A DNA stretch of 63,722 nucleotides, filler included, from 14 parts of 14 records of this genome joined end to end with filler, not necessarily neighbours in it; one strand, 5' to 3'. Counted from the first letter of the whole stretch, positions 14,901 to 26,646 are shown. The notes: generated by a model not told the origin, from the sequence alone. Made by a program: numbers and translations.

Positions 14901-15804
14901 TCAACGCCAGTTAGCAGCCACTAAGCACAGCAGCAGTGTTAGCACCGATGACGCCCCCCCCATCGACGCCCGCACCGCTCCACTGTCCTCGTGTTCCTCT
15001 AGCCCGTAACTCCACATCCCCGGTCGCTCCACGCAAGAGCCTCGGTCGTAGCAGCTCCCCGTGCCGTCCGCATCCCACGCGCACATAGCTGTGCCCGTGC
15101 AGTCCTGCTCGGTCGTCAAACTCTCACACGAACCCGTCAGCAACTGCAAGCCACCCCCCAAATTCAGAGCGCGCGCGTTGGCGTTCGGCAGGCAATAGTC
15201 CCAGTTCGCTCCCGCCGGAGTGCACTCCGGGTCTGAGCGCGACTTGTCGATCAGGCACCACGACATCCCCGCCGCCGAGCCGCCGTCGTCCCCATCGCAC
15301 GGCACCCGCATGCCGCAGCCTTCGTGAGGCCCTCGTGACGTCCCGGCCGGAACCGAGTCGGCCGGACAAGAGCTCTCGGTGGCCATCCAATAGTCTTGGC
15401 AAGTGCATCCGTTCGCGGTGCCGCCTTCCCCGTTCGAGTCTTTCCACTCGCAGCACGACCTTCCATCCGGGCCGCTGTGCGAGTCCTCGCACTCAGCTTT
15501 TGGGTTTAGGGTTCTTCCACGTTCTGTCGTCGAAATTCCAGCGAGCGCACACCCGCACACGTCCCCTTCGCAGTACGCACGGATGTCGGCACATGTGGTC
15601 CTGTAGTCCGAGGGCGGAAGGTTCGAGTACCCCGAGTACGGGTAGCCTGTCGTTGTTGCACAGGCGACTCGCCATCAGATCAGGAACAGCGGCGACGCGC
15701 ACGGGCAATACAATCACAACACAGACCGCCCCAGACCTACCTTGCCCCCGGACGTGCTCGACCCACGCCGCCGCCATCGACAGCACGCACATGCCGACGC
15801 GCAT
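14901..15804 (-). CDS. Small Cys-rich secreted, probably GPI-anchored, protein
   Basis: Signal-like exon MRVGMCVLSMAAAWVEHVRGQ, then a GTAGGT intron. Many Cys, an FN2/kringle-like WC...NWDYC, and a hydrophobic C-terminus. Confidence 0.6.
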
Positions 15805-16666
15805 GCCGCCCCGCCCTAGCGTGCACGGTCCGCCTGCCCCTGCCCCGCCTGCCCCCTGCCCAGGCGTTCGTTCGCCTGGCCAGCAGTGGCACCCTGAACG
15901 AATCACAACTGCGCAGCCTGTGATAACTCGAATATTACAACCCGGCGACTCGAGTCCGACTTTTTCACTGGGAATTGGTCGTACTGTACGGGCTCAGTTA
16001 CTCGCTGAGGCGTGAGGGGCACTTTTCGAATTCTGTTAGGATCCTATAGCTTATACACAATTTCGAGTCGTCTGCATCATTCGAATCATCAGGGGTTGCA
16101 ATCAGACCACAGAACGTGATTGATGCAGTTGCGCAATCGAAAAAGCATCCAAGATCAATGATGTGTTTTTCTTTCTGCATTTGCCGACGCTTGGCTCTCA
16201 GATTAGTACTCATGAAGAGTACTGACTGTATGCACGGTGTACAGTATGGCTATGGGACACTGCCAAACAGCAAACTGAGTGGCCGCAGGATTCCGTGGTT
16301 TAGTCTCGATTGCATGATTCGCTGCTGGCTCACCTTGGCGGGTTGCCACGGGTTCGGAGGCTCGCTGAGCGATTGACGTGGGAGGCGCAGGTGACGAAGC
16401 TCCGATGAGTTTTGAATTGCCCTGTCTGTTCCGACTTTCGAGATTTCGAATATAAATTGCATCGAGACATTTCACTACGGCGCACGCCTAGTCCATCGGG
16501 GTAAACAACGCAGGCGCTCCGACGCCGCTGGTGTGTCGTGGTGGATGCCAGCTTGCACGACGCGAGTGCTGCGTTTCCTCAGGCGGTTCAAATTTAGGAA
16601 ATTATGTTTCAATTCAACGCTGCAGGCGCGCAGCCCTGCACAATCATGATTGTCGCCCACGTCGGC

Positions 16667-18122
16667 TCACGGACCTGCGGTACGTTGTGGACTTGCGCCA
16701 CGTATCTTGAATGACGCACCTGCCTGCCGGAGTTCGTGCAAAGATGCCCCCGGAGCTTGCCCTTGCTCAAAGGCCCTACGCAACCCCGACATGTCGGCCT
16801 TGACCTCGGTCTCTTCCATGTCGGGCAGACGCGTGTCGCGCCGCCTCGCTGGTGACAAGCGGCTGGGCCCAGTAGTAGAGGCAGCGATAGTTTCCAGCGA
16901 CGGAGCTGGTCGACGAGGCGGCGTTGTGGTGCGCTTCGGCAGTGCTCTCACTGACGCTGCGTCATCACTGCGTTCGGGTGTTGCCGCCCGCGTGAGGCGC
17001 TGGGCGTTGCGTACGTTGCGACCAACCTGCGCCAGCGAAGGCGGACGAGTCCGAGCCGGGCTGGTCGCCCCAGCCGAAGGCTCTGGCTCCAACTCCGGCT
17101 CCGGCTCCACCTCCGGAGCAAAGGCCGCGAGCGCCGGTGGTTTCCGTGGGGGAGCCGTTGCGATCGAATCCATTTCGAACGCGTCGGTGTCGCGGGGGCC
17201 GGTCCGAGGGGCGAAATCATCGCCGCCCACGGTGGGCATCATCTCAGGTGCCACATCAAGCATCGGTGGTTTCTCATAAAAGAAGAAGGCGAAAAACAAG
17301 CAGCAAGGACAGGCCATGCCCAGCATGAGAATCGTCAAGTACTTGGCCATCACGCACTCACCGTCGCAGGCATCAGGATCGTAAGTCGCTCCGCCCCCGC
17401 CTGTTGCTGCCTCTAGCGGTGGCAGCGTAGATTCCACGTAGTACCCGTGCAAATGCTTTCCACAGTGGGGTTCGTATAGTTCGAACACATTGGTTTCCTC
17501 AAGCGCCTGCTCGTGCAGCACGATTCTTGATATGTCGCCGTAAAATCCTGGATTGTGGAAATCGATGCTGTGCCGTGACATTAGAATGTCCCCCAGTATG
17601 AAGTGTAGCATCTCTGCCTGTATCGAGCCGTCTGCTGCCGCCGTAAACATTTTCGTCCGCGTGTCCTGTGTATCTGCACTGTCGCTGGCGAAGCTGCACC
17701 CTGTGCTTTCCTCGCCGTTGATGTACAGCGTCCCTGCGAGCGAGGTGGGTGTGCCCACGAAAGAGTAGACAATCAGCACGTCCTCGTCCAAAAAAATCTC
17801 TTTCAGCGACGTGCACCCGGCTGCCAGTGCGCGAGGGTCCTCTTCCCCCTGCTGCGCGACGCCGATTATCATGTTCATAGAGTGAGTGTCAAGCATACAA
17901 ACGTGTGCGAAGCCCTCGATGTCGTTGCCTAGGTGAAACACGTTGCGAAAATGACCGTTCGGTCTTCGCCTGACCCTCAGAGTCATTTCAATGGCGAACT
18001 CACTCTGCAATTGTCCTGCGTCAGAGTGCTCGCCTCCGCCTGGGAAGTGCAGAGCAGTTCCTGGAATGTCAATCGAGTCGGTCCCTTGACCGAAACTTCT
18101 GTCCTCGTCATCCCAGCGAAAA
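16667..18122 (-). CDS. Single-pass membrane protein with a LamG/concanavalin-like ectodomain, 5' partial
   Basis: TLYINGE and FYGDISRIVLHEQAL resemble LamG-3. TM segment YLTILMLGMACPCCLFFAFFFY, followed by a low-complexity tail. Confidence 0.55.
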
Positions 18123-18222
18123 NNNNNNNNNNNNNNNNNNNNNNNNNNNNNNNNNNNNNNNNNNNNTTAATTAATTAANNNNNNNNNNNNNNNNNNNNNN
18201 NNNNNNNNNNNNNNNNNNNNNN

Positions 18223-18985
18223 ACCTCCAAGGAAGAAACCACCTCCACCACCAAAGGTGGGCAAGCCGAGCCCGCCGGCGGGCAAGCCCAGCCCACCCGC
18301 GGGCAAGCCCGGCCCGCCCGCGGGCAAGCCAGGCCCACCTACCGGCAAGCACGGGCCGCCACCGGGAAAGCCGGGGCCACCACCAGGCAAGCCGGGGCCG
18401 CCCACGAAGTCGCAGGCGGAAGTGCATGCGCCACCTATTATTCCTGAGCAGTCGCGCGCTGCGACCCCGGAGGCGCCACCTCCAGGGGCGCCACCACCAA
18501 CACCTACACGAGCAAACGAACGAGATAGGGACCCTGCAGAATACAGCGCGATTGCGAACCTCGTGCATGTTGTGTTCAAAAAAGAGTGTCAAGACGCAAG
18601 CAACAGAATTGGGCTGTCTAGCACCGTCCTGGGATACAGGGCAATTGCGAACCTTTCGCATGCTATCTTTCTCATCTGTTTTGCATTCACAGTGTATTTC
18701 ATGTTCGCGACTGGTGGAGGCTACTACGTGGACGTAGGCAGCATCTGTGGCGTCACTGAAACTGGTGGTTCTATTTGTGGACCCCAGCTTGATGCTGTGC
18801 AACCGCCACTTAGAACAGCTGGGCGCTACGTCACGTGCAGCATTGTCGGTCTGAACATTTTGATGCTCCTGCGATTCTCATATGAAAAGCTACCGTCCCT
18901 GTGGTGCGCCACCGAGTCTGAGCTACTTCAGCGAGTTGAAGACTTGGAACGCCAGCTTCTTGAGAACCAACAAGGGAGTGAGTGA
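18223..18985 (+). CDS. Proline-rich membrane protein, 5' partial
   Basis: Seven GKP(G/S)PPx-like heptads (21-nt unit, 18259-18405), two hydrophobic helices and a C-terminal coiled coil. Confidence 0.6.
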
Positions 18986-19352
18986 ATTGGAATCGACGAT
19001 CAAAATTATATGATCTCTGTTTATTTGGCCCATGGTGTCAACGTTGACATGATCATGCCCATGGTGATCATGGAGCGACATACGCGCTTGACTGAGAACT
19101 AGATCTAACTCTACCTAGTATTCTAGCTCTACCGCTCACAGACAACCAGGTTCAGTGCACTGGGCATAATTATGTAGTACTACCAAGGTACGGTGTTCGA
19201 ATACCACATCTTTTCTCATCCGACGACCCGGATCCCCACCGCGGCCGCGACTCAATTCATTCTACAATTATACCAATTACTATTGGTCCATGCATGCATG
19301 CTCTCATGCGTCAATCGGAATGAAACGCATCATGATCGATTTGTGGCGACAG

Positions 19353-19860
19353 GAATGACTTAAACGGACCGTGCACGTACTGGAGATATTCCTTTGGTGG
19401 ATATGACACTTGCAAAAATGTCAACGCCTCGTGTGAACACTGCAAAACTGGAGCCTGGTGCTCGGTAGTGGATTCGGAGGTTACGGCCGACGAAACCACA
19501 GCAGCGATCATGACCCAGCGTATGCGGGACATCCACGCATCCAACACTACTCGTCCGTTCTTCATGGCCTGTGGTTTTCTAAAACCCCACCTCCCATACG
19601 CTGCACCCAGCCGTTACTACGCCGCTGTTGACGCCAAATGGGATCAATCTTCCGCCACCGGTGGATTCCCGATAGCGAACGCTACTGCAATGCAGATGCC
19701 TGCCGGCGCGCCGCGGCTTGCATGGTACGACTACTTCGCGACACTTTCAGACCAGAATGGTGACCAGTACTGCCACAATCCGGCACTCAGTGCAGCCGAA
19801 TGTACATGGTTTCGCTGGCCGGGCTGCCTGCCCCCAAACGAGGGATTCCGTTTTAAAACG
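19353..19860 (+). pseudogene. Isolated exon/fragment of an iduronate-2-sulfatase-like sulfatase
   Basis: RPFFMACGFLKPHLPY motif. No CxPSR N-terminus or C-terminal half is found in the short flanks. Confidence 0.55.
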
Positions 19861-20219
19861 GTATCGCCTGGCGCTAGGCATGCTGGGTCGCGGCACAACG
19901 CCACGGCCACTTGCTTGACAATCGATCGATTGTAAACCGATTCATCAAGTTCAGTGGAAAAATCCTGTGCATCTAGCATCTTGGTGGAGACTCCCAGAAT
20001 TTCCAAACGCGAGCTGCCACCCCCAGCAAGTCCAAAATTTCACTTTGTGAAGTCCTCCCTATTGCCGGGATAGCGCGACAAGACTGCGGACAGCGCACTT
20101 GACGGCCACGTAAGGCCGACTTGGCGCGCTTCGTGACACCCTACTTTGCCACAATACACATATTAGCAAGCAGTGCGGTGTCTAGGATAGCCTGTGGAAT
20201 TCATCTTTTGTATCAACAA

Positions 20220-22703
20220 TTATGATGTGAGCGCATGTTCTTGCGCTTCGTGGTCAGAATCGCTGGAGTCACTAGACTCCCACTGCTGCCAATCAAATTC
20301 CTGCCTAGCGTCTGTCTGCCCGGGTGATCCACAGCTTGACGGCGCACCAGGCAATGCACCAGCACCCACGTGTGCGAGACTTTGTTCTTGTTCCTGTTCC
20401 TGAAGCCTCCTGAATTTGAGTTGGCGCTCATAGACTTCCAGGCACTTGCGTTTATCCCCTCCTGCCACAACCATTGCATTGACCCAGTAATCTGTCTCCG
20501 AGCCAGTATCTCGCGCTCGGCGCCACATGCGCTCCTCGTGCTTCTCTTGCTTGATCATGCGCGCCTTCTCTTTATTTTGCGCAATTTGCTGCTGCTGTTC
20601 AGGAGTTAGGGCCGTCGGCGAACCAGCTGCTACTGCTGCACGTGTCGGGCTGCTAGGCGACGGCCCACCATCCGAACAATCGTGTCGTTCTATGTCGTGG
20701 GCAGTGAAGCCATCACCACTGCCGACCACGGATTCAGACATTGCTGGTGGATACTGTTCCATCCACTCGCGAAATTGTCGTGCCCCACTCCGATTACCTT
20801 GTGCGTTGCGAAACAACTCCAACCATTCTACATTTTGTGACTCCAGCAGCGGGTACCACCACAGGCCGGCGTCATGTTCGAGCATAGTGCAGAGTGCGTC
20901 TGGTCCACTTGCAAGCGACGCGTAGAATCGTCTAACAAGCTGGTTCGTCTTGATGCAGCCCGTCGAGAAGTTAACGATCTGCAATCCACGACGCGAAGTA
21001 GCACGGCTCAGTGCCACGTAGGCCTGGCCAGGAACAAAGGCCCCTTTTAAATCTACTATTACAAAGGGTAGTGTCGCTCCCTGTGCTTTATGGATGGTGA
21101 GCGCCCAGGCCAGGCGAAGTGGCAGCTGCATGCGGCAACAAGAGCCGCAGCGGTACACATCGCGCTCAAATGCTTCGGGCTCAATCCGATACTCAAACTC
21201 AACATCGTGCTTTTCTGACTTGAAGCGGACAACCGGCCACTCGTGCTCTGCAGGCCACCCATTGTAAGCTCGATCTGGATTTGGCTCGTACCGCACAATG
21301 ACTCCTCTGCTGCCATTGACAATTGGGTAACGCATAGTCCCACGGGACACACACTCAGAATCTGGAGCAAGGTTCTTTACACACATGACCTGGGCGCCAA
21401 TCTTCAGTTCGACATCTCGATGAGCCTGACACTCACTTGAGAAGAACTTGTCGCCCTCCAGACGGTGTTCAGCTGCGGTGTGACCGGACTGGGGCACCTC
21501 CATGCTCACGTGTACTGAGTCTTGTGCACGATATGTTTGCAGCTGTCCTGGAAGTCTGTTGAGCTGATCAACGTTTTCCTTGTTGACATCTCTGTTTGTG
21601 CAGTATAGCACCGTTGGCTCGATCCGCAGCCCATCAGGTCCATCCACTATCTCCAGCGGCCGGCGACAGTCAGACACGAGGCGCTCGAGTGCAGCAGTGA
21701 CTGTGCCCTCCCGTACATCCATGAGGGCACGAACGAACTCTTTATCGTCCTGACGAAAGATTTTTTTGAGCTCGTAGCATTGAAACTTGGCCTCTCGCCA
21801 CATCGCAGTCTGAAACGCCAAGGCGCACAATTCCTGGACTTCCATGATGATGTCTGCACCGGTATCAGTCGGCGCATATGGTGGCTGCTGCAGGCTAGGA
21901 TTGCCGGAGGCATGGACTGGCCCAAGCTGAGCGAAGTCACCGACGAACGCCAGCTGAATGCCGCCAAAAGGTTTGTCAAGGCAGTGGCGGATGCCTCGGA
22001 CGGTTACGTCAAGCCACTCGAGAAAGTCGGCTTTGACCATTCCGACCTCGTCGATGACGAGTAAGTCCATATTCTGCCAGTCAGCCTTGGCAGTTGTGTA
22101 CATCGCGCCAAAGTCTCCTGCTTTCTGTGGGGGTCGGAGCTTCGCCACGGAGTGAAGCGTGGACCCGTTGACATTTATTGCCGCGACGCCGGTCGGTGCG
22201 GCTACGGCCACTGTCTTGCCAGCAGCCCTCGCATCGGACACAATGCGCTCGGTTACGGCCGACTTACCCGTGCCAGCTACGCCAGAAAGAAAAACATTTT
22301 CGCCAGTACGCGCCTGCTCGATGACGTGCCGCTGTGTTTCGTCAAACGGAAACGCGAGCAGTTGCTGCCGAGCTGTCTGCTCTTCTACACCATCGTGCGT
22401 CCACGGAGTGTGCCCCGAGGCAGCTGGCGCGGCCCCAGCTAGTCTTGCCGCTCCTGCAGTGGCAGCATCCGCTGCTGCCGCCCCTTCGCGCGCAGCACCA
22501 CCATCGGCGCTTCCTGCTCCATCCACGAGTACAGTGCGCACGCTGTGCTCGCGCATGTACGCCTCAGCCTCGGCTCTGGTGGCAAAACCCTCAAACTTTG
22601 CTCGTTTAAATTTGCTCGTCTGAGCCTGACACTCCTCCCATGTGCTGTAAATCCCAGGCTGCCGCCCCACAGCGACAGCATATGCCGGCGTCTTCTTACC
22701 CAT
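20220..22703 (-). CDS. PIF1: PIF1-family SF1B DNA helicase with N-terminal RNase H1-type hybrid-binding domain
   Basis: GVAGTGKS, APTGVAAINVNGSTLHS, IDEVGM, FGGIQLAFVGDFAQL, FRQDD, VNGSRG, LAWALTIHKAQG and GQAYVALSRAT. N-terminus is YAVAVGRQPGIYSTWEEC. Intronless. Confidence 0.95.
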   Translation of the reverse strand: MGKKTPAYAVAVGRQPGIYSTWEECQAQTSKFKRAKFEGFATRAEAEAYMREHSVRTVLVDGAGSADGGAAREGAAAADAATAGAARLAGAAPAASGHTPWTHDGVEEQTARQQLLAFPFDETQRHVIEQARTGENVFLSGVAGTGKSAVTERIVSDARAAGKTVAVAAPTGVAAINVNGSTLHSVAKLRPPQKAGDFGAMYTTAKADWQNMDLLVIDEVGMVKADFLEWLDVTVRGIRHCLDKPFGGIQLAFVGDFAQLGPVHASGNPSLQQPPYAPTDTGADIIMEVQELCALAFQTAMWREAKFQCYELKKIFRQDDKEFVRALMDVREGTVTAALERLVSDCRRPLEIVDGPDGLRIEPTVLYCTNRDVNKENVDQLNRLPGQLQTYRAQDSVHVSMEVPQSGHTAAEHRLEGDKFFSSECQAHRDVELKIGAQVMCVKNLAPDSECVSRGTMRYPIVNGSRGVIVRYEPNPDRAYNGWPAEHEWPVVRFKSEKHDVEFEYRIEPEAFERDVYRCGSCCRMQLPLRLAWALTIHKAQGATLPFVIVDLKGAFVPGQAYVALSRATSRRGLQIVNFSTGCIKTNQLVRRFYASLASGPDALCTMLEHDAGLWWYPLLESQNVEWLELFRNAQGNRSGARQFREWMEQYPPAMSESVVGSGDGFTAHDIERHDCSDGGPSPSSPTRAAVAAGSPTALTPEQQQQIAQNKEKARMIKQEKHEERMWRRARDTGSETDYWVNAMVVAGGDKRKCLEVYERQLKFRRLQEQEQEQSLAHVGAGALPGAPSSCGSPGQTDARQEFDWQQWESSDSSDSDHEAQEHALTS

Positions 22704-22890
22704 TCAACCTTCGTTGCTTGAGGTCCGTACGCGTCGCGCACTGCTATATCATGATCACTCGAATGTCGAATCACCAAAAATCGGGTCTTTTCATTTTCGA
22801 TTTTGGTTTCATACCGGCGCTTGCCTGGCCAGGGCACCGACGGTTGGCATACAGCTGTATGGCAACGGTATGTCTGCCAGTGACGTGAGG

Positions 22891-23463
22891 TCACGTCTTG
22901 CAAGCACATCCTCGCGGCGGACGCCACCATGGCGCCCTCAGGGAGCCGAAGCTCTGGCAGGCGGCCGCGCTCCTTTTTAGTCGAGCTAGCCGGCGGGAAT
23001 GCCGGAGAGACGGCGGCGTACGAGCGCCTCGCAGAGCGGGCTCGGAGGACGAAGCCTTGGGCGCGGCGTCTCCGTGCTTGCGCTGCAGGGATGCATAGAG
23101 TTTGTCTCTGCCGTAGAAGTTCTTGTTCACGTAGTATTCGGTCTCTAACATCTTGCGCTGCGCGGGTGTGAGTGGTTTGAACAGGCGATAGTTGGTTCGG
23201 TTTGTGGCAGACGGTTGTGCTGGAGGGGTCCGCTGCCTGAAGGACACGGTTGTCCTGGGGGCTGTCCGGGCACAGCTGGGTCTGCTGGCGACAGTGGTTG
23301 GTTGGACAGTTGTTTTCTGTGTGGTCAATGTAGGCTTCGGTGCGGTTTGAGTGCCAACAAGTGTGGGTTGTTGGGTGAGGGTGGACTGTTTCTTGGGATC
23401 ATCGTCGTCTCCTTCGAGCTCAGCCATCAGGTCAATCGGGGGTGCGACACGGTTTCTGCGCAT
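22891..23463 (-). pseudogene. Possible truncated N-terminal part of a Polinton/virophage-type rve integrase
   Basis: LETEYYVNKNFYGRDKLYASLQRKH resembles the N-terminal region of these integrases. No DDE core follows. An AT-rich tract lies upstream (23510-23890). Confidence 0.4.
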
Positions 23464-24319
23464 ATACGTTATGCGGAGAAAATCGGTGTGCTCGAGCAGA
23501 TGGTGCGTTCCTAATCATTAGGGCACAAGGGCAGAGAATGGGTAGGATTCGGAGATATATTTGGATGGATAGGATTAGCGTTCACTATTCCTATTCGTTG
23601 GGAGAAACTATTATATAAGCACATGTCTCTGCCCTTCTGCCCTAATTTTTGAGAGAATTTGATTAGGACGTTCAAAGAATTGAAATCTAAGAGTTCATTG
23701 TGTTGTGACCGTTTTGTGACGCAGCGGACTGGATGTGAGAAAATAGTTGACATTTTTCTCAGGATGCCCGGAATGAGACAAAACTTGACTATTTTCTCGT
23801 TGAGCAATCTATTAGTTTTTTTCTCATTTTTTTCGCTTATCACAGTTCAAGATAGTGCAGGTTCCGATTTAGATCTATACTATGATAGACGCTCTGTGTA
23901 GTGGGTGCATGGTGGCTGTGGGCCGGGCGTGACGTGTGGCGCCACCGGGTCCGGCGGGAGACGACGACCTAGGTAGCGGTAGCTTGGCGTGGCGCCGTGT
24001 GTGGCGGTTTGCGCTGACACATCAGCGGAAACCACCGCAAACGACGGCAGCGTATCTAGCCTCTCTAGCTTGGTACCATTTTGAGAAGCCCCTCTTCGTT
24101 TAGGGTGCACAGACCTCGTGACTCGGTCACCTTAGTGTCGCGCGGAGGTTTGGATGGAACCGTAATTCATTCAACTTGTTCGGCGTCTTCAGGTGAGTAG
24201 AGACATGCAGGGCCACATGGGCAGCTCAAGGAAGTAACTGCGCGCCCTCGATAGCCCACGCATCGGAGACTTGTCACCTCGCAAAAGCAGTCCTAGTCGT
24301 ACAGATGGTGTTTTCTGCA

Positions 24320-25255
24320 TCAGTCGGCACTCGACATGAGCTCGGGCAAGGTACAGAGAGTAAAACCCTCCGCTAGCAGCGCATCACGCACACCACGCGC
24401 CTGCTCGACGGCACTCGGCTTGTCGCCGTGCACGCAGATGCTGTCTGCGCGGAGCACCACCTCTTCTCCGGTGTCCATCGCCTTTACCGATAGACCAGAT
24501 GCCAGGCGCAGCGCATGCTCTACGGCCTCCTGAGGATCGTGAATCACGGACCCTTCCATCGACCGAGGGGCGAGGTTGCCGTCAGCCATATACTGCCGAT
24601 CGGCAAAAACTTCGGAGGCAGTGCACAACCCAGCAGCCTCTGCCGCATGGAGGAGCTCCGACGACGCCGGCGCGAGCATGATTAAGGTCTTGTCCACGCC
24701 CACGACAGCTCGAGCGATGGCTGCCGCGACGGTGGCGTCGATACACGCCAGATTATTCAGCGCGCCATGCGGCTTGACGTGTGTGACTGTTGCAGGAGCA
24801 GTACCTGGCGGCTGCCTCGTGCGAGCCAGCCCCGCGACGCCCAACAGAGCGCCCGTCTGAAAGGCCACGAGCTCTTCGATTTCCGCGAGGGTCATCGGAA
24901 TGACCCGCCGCCCGAAGCCACGCTTGTCGTCATAGCCAGGGTGCGCGCCTACGCTGACGCCGGTCTCCGCCGCTAAAGCGAGGTTGGTCGCCATGATGCT
25001 GGCGTCCCCTGCGTGCCCCCCGCATGCGAGATTGGCGCTCGTGACGATGCTCATCAGCTCCTCGTCCGCGGTCATTGCCCACGGGCCGTAACCCTCCGCC
25101 AGGTCGGCGTTCAGATTGATCCGCCGCCCTGCATTTCCTTCGTGCGCTGACACTGAGAGGGGCCGCGCACAGGTTGCGCCGCCGGGAGAGTGCAGCGCCG
25201 AAGAACGAGCGCGGCAGCGACGCAGCAGCCGCAGCAGCTGCGACCCGGCTGCCAT
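24320..25255 (-). CDS. pxpA: LamB/YcsF family protein (5-oxoprolinase subunit A-like) with mitochondrial-type presequence
   Basis: INLNADLAEGYG, SANLACGGHAGD, GAHPGYDD, HVKPHGALNN, EVFADRQY and SICVHGD. The first ~36 aa are Arg/Leu/Ser-rich and lack acidic residues. Confidence 0.92.
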   Translation of the reverse strand: MAAGSQLLRLLRRCRARSSALHSPGGATCARPLSVSAHEGNAGRRINLNADLAEGYGPWAMTADEELMSIVTSANLACGGHAGDASIMATNLALAAETGVSVGAHPGYDDKRGFGRRVIPMTLAEIEELVAFQTGALLGVAGLARTRQPPGTAPATVTHVKPHGALNNLACIDATVAAAIARAVVGVDKTLIMLAPASSELLHAAEAAGLCTASEVFADRQYMADGNLAPRSMEGSVIHDPQEAVEHALRLASGLSVKAMDTGEEVVLRADSICVHGDKPSAVEQARGVRDALLAEGFTLCTLPELMSSAD

Positions 25256-25591
25256 GTGCTGTGAGTCTAAGCAGCAGAAGTCTCAAGTCTGTCCGTCGCG
25301 ACGATCAGCGTGTTTTGCTCGAGGGGCCGGTATAGTCGTATCGGCGCCGCCGCGGCACGCGTGGGGCGTGGCGGTACATATTATACATACCGCGCCGGGT
25401 ATGCATCTATGAATATGTAATCTACTCTCTACTAGAGATTGTAGATAGTGTACTGAACTCAGTGTACGCACACCCCTGTCAAAGCACCGATNNNNNNNNN
25501 NNNNNNNNNNNNNNNNNNNNNNNNNNNNNNNNNNNTTAATTAATTAANNNNNNNNNNNNNNNNNNNNNNNNNNNNNNNNNNNNNNNNNNNN

Positions 25592-26646
25592 AGCATGCGA
25601 GTAGTGCAAACGTCGAGCGACTGAGCAACACGGGGTGTTGGTGGGGAGCTCTGATTTCCTGTGACAACGGCAAAAAGCCAGCGGCTGCAGCTCCAGCACC
25701 AGCTCCCAAGCCAGCAACGCCACCAGTCAGCCCACCTGGAAGTCCAAGCAATGACGACGGACCTACAGCTACACGCCCACTCCCACGCAGTCGGGCGCTC
25801 AACATGGAAGTCCTGACGGAGGTAGAAGCAACCATTGAGCGTCTACTACAAGGGATGATCCCAACGTATCCGCGGGTACCATGCAAGGTCACGACACTGG
25901 GCAAGCGCCCAAAAGGAGATGCGGTGCTTCGACAGGAAGACAGCGACGAGGTATATGGCGTCATTGAAGCTGACGGAATGCTGTTCATCTTGGATTTCGC
26001 ACGCCGGCACAGACTGAAAATCTTCGCTGATTTTGGCTCTGGAGTCGGCAACCTCGTCTCCATGGCCATGCTTGTCGGGATGAATGCGGTTGGCGTTGAG
26101 TTAAACGAGAGGTATTTCGAGTGGCAGTCAAAGCTGTTTGACCTACTTGCACTGCCGACGCAAGGCTTTGTGCTGGGTGACATGTTCGAGTGGCGCGCCC
26201 CGATGCAGCCAGTCTGCGCCTGGGTAAACAACTTCAAGTTTCACCGGTTCGGGGCGAAATTGATCATGCTACTGTTGGGTCTCGAAGCCGGCAGTTTTGT
26301 GTTCTGCATGGCACATCTACCACTGGTGTGGTTGCGAAGTGGCTGTGTCACGAACACACTCGGTGAGAGCGTCACAATTGGCAACAAAACAATCACATTG
26401 GCGATGATCGTAGAAAATGGTACTACTTGCTCATGGGATGGCAAGGTGAGACCGTTGTTTGGCTACGCCATCACAGACCATGGACCGTTCAGCAACTGCA
26501 CAAAGGTATATGGACACGCAAAACCTGCAGATGATGAAGATTCGTCATCATCTAGCTCCATGTCAGGCAGTGATGATGATGAGCTGGGTGGTATGTCAGA
26601 CAGCAGTGATGATGAGGAGCTGGGTAGCTTACGAGCTGAGATTTGA
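25592..26646 (+). CDS. Class I SAM-dependent methyltransferase, DOT1-like; probably 5' partial
   Basis: VYGVI, FADFGSGVGNLV, VGVEL, GDM, WVNNFKF and CSW match the order of DOT1 motifs. Acidic Ser/Asp tail. Confidence 0.6.

Noticed and set aside
20220-23890. Helitron interpretation of PIF1
   Set aside because: No HUH Rep domain precedes the helicase, and I found no convincing TC...hairpin-CTRR ends.
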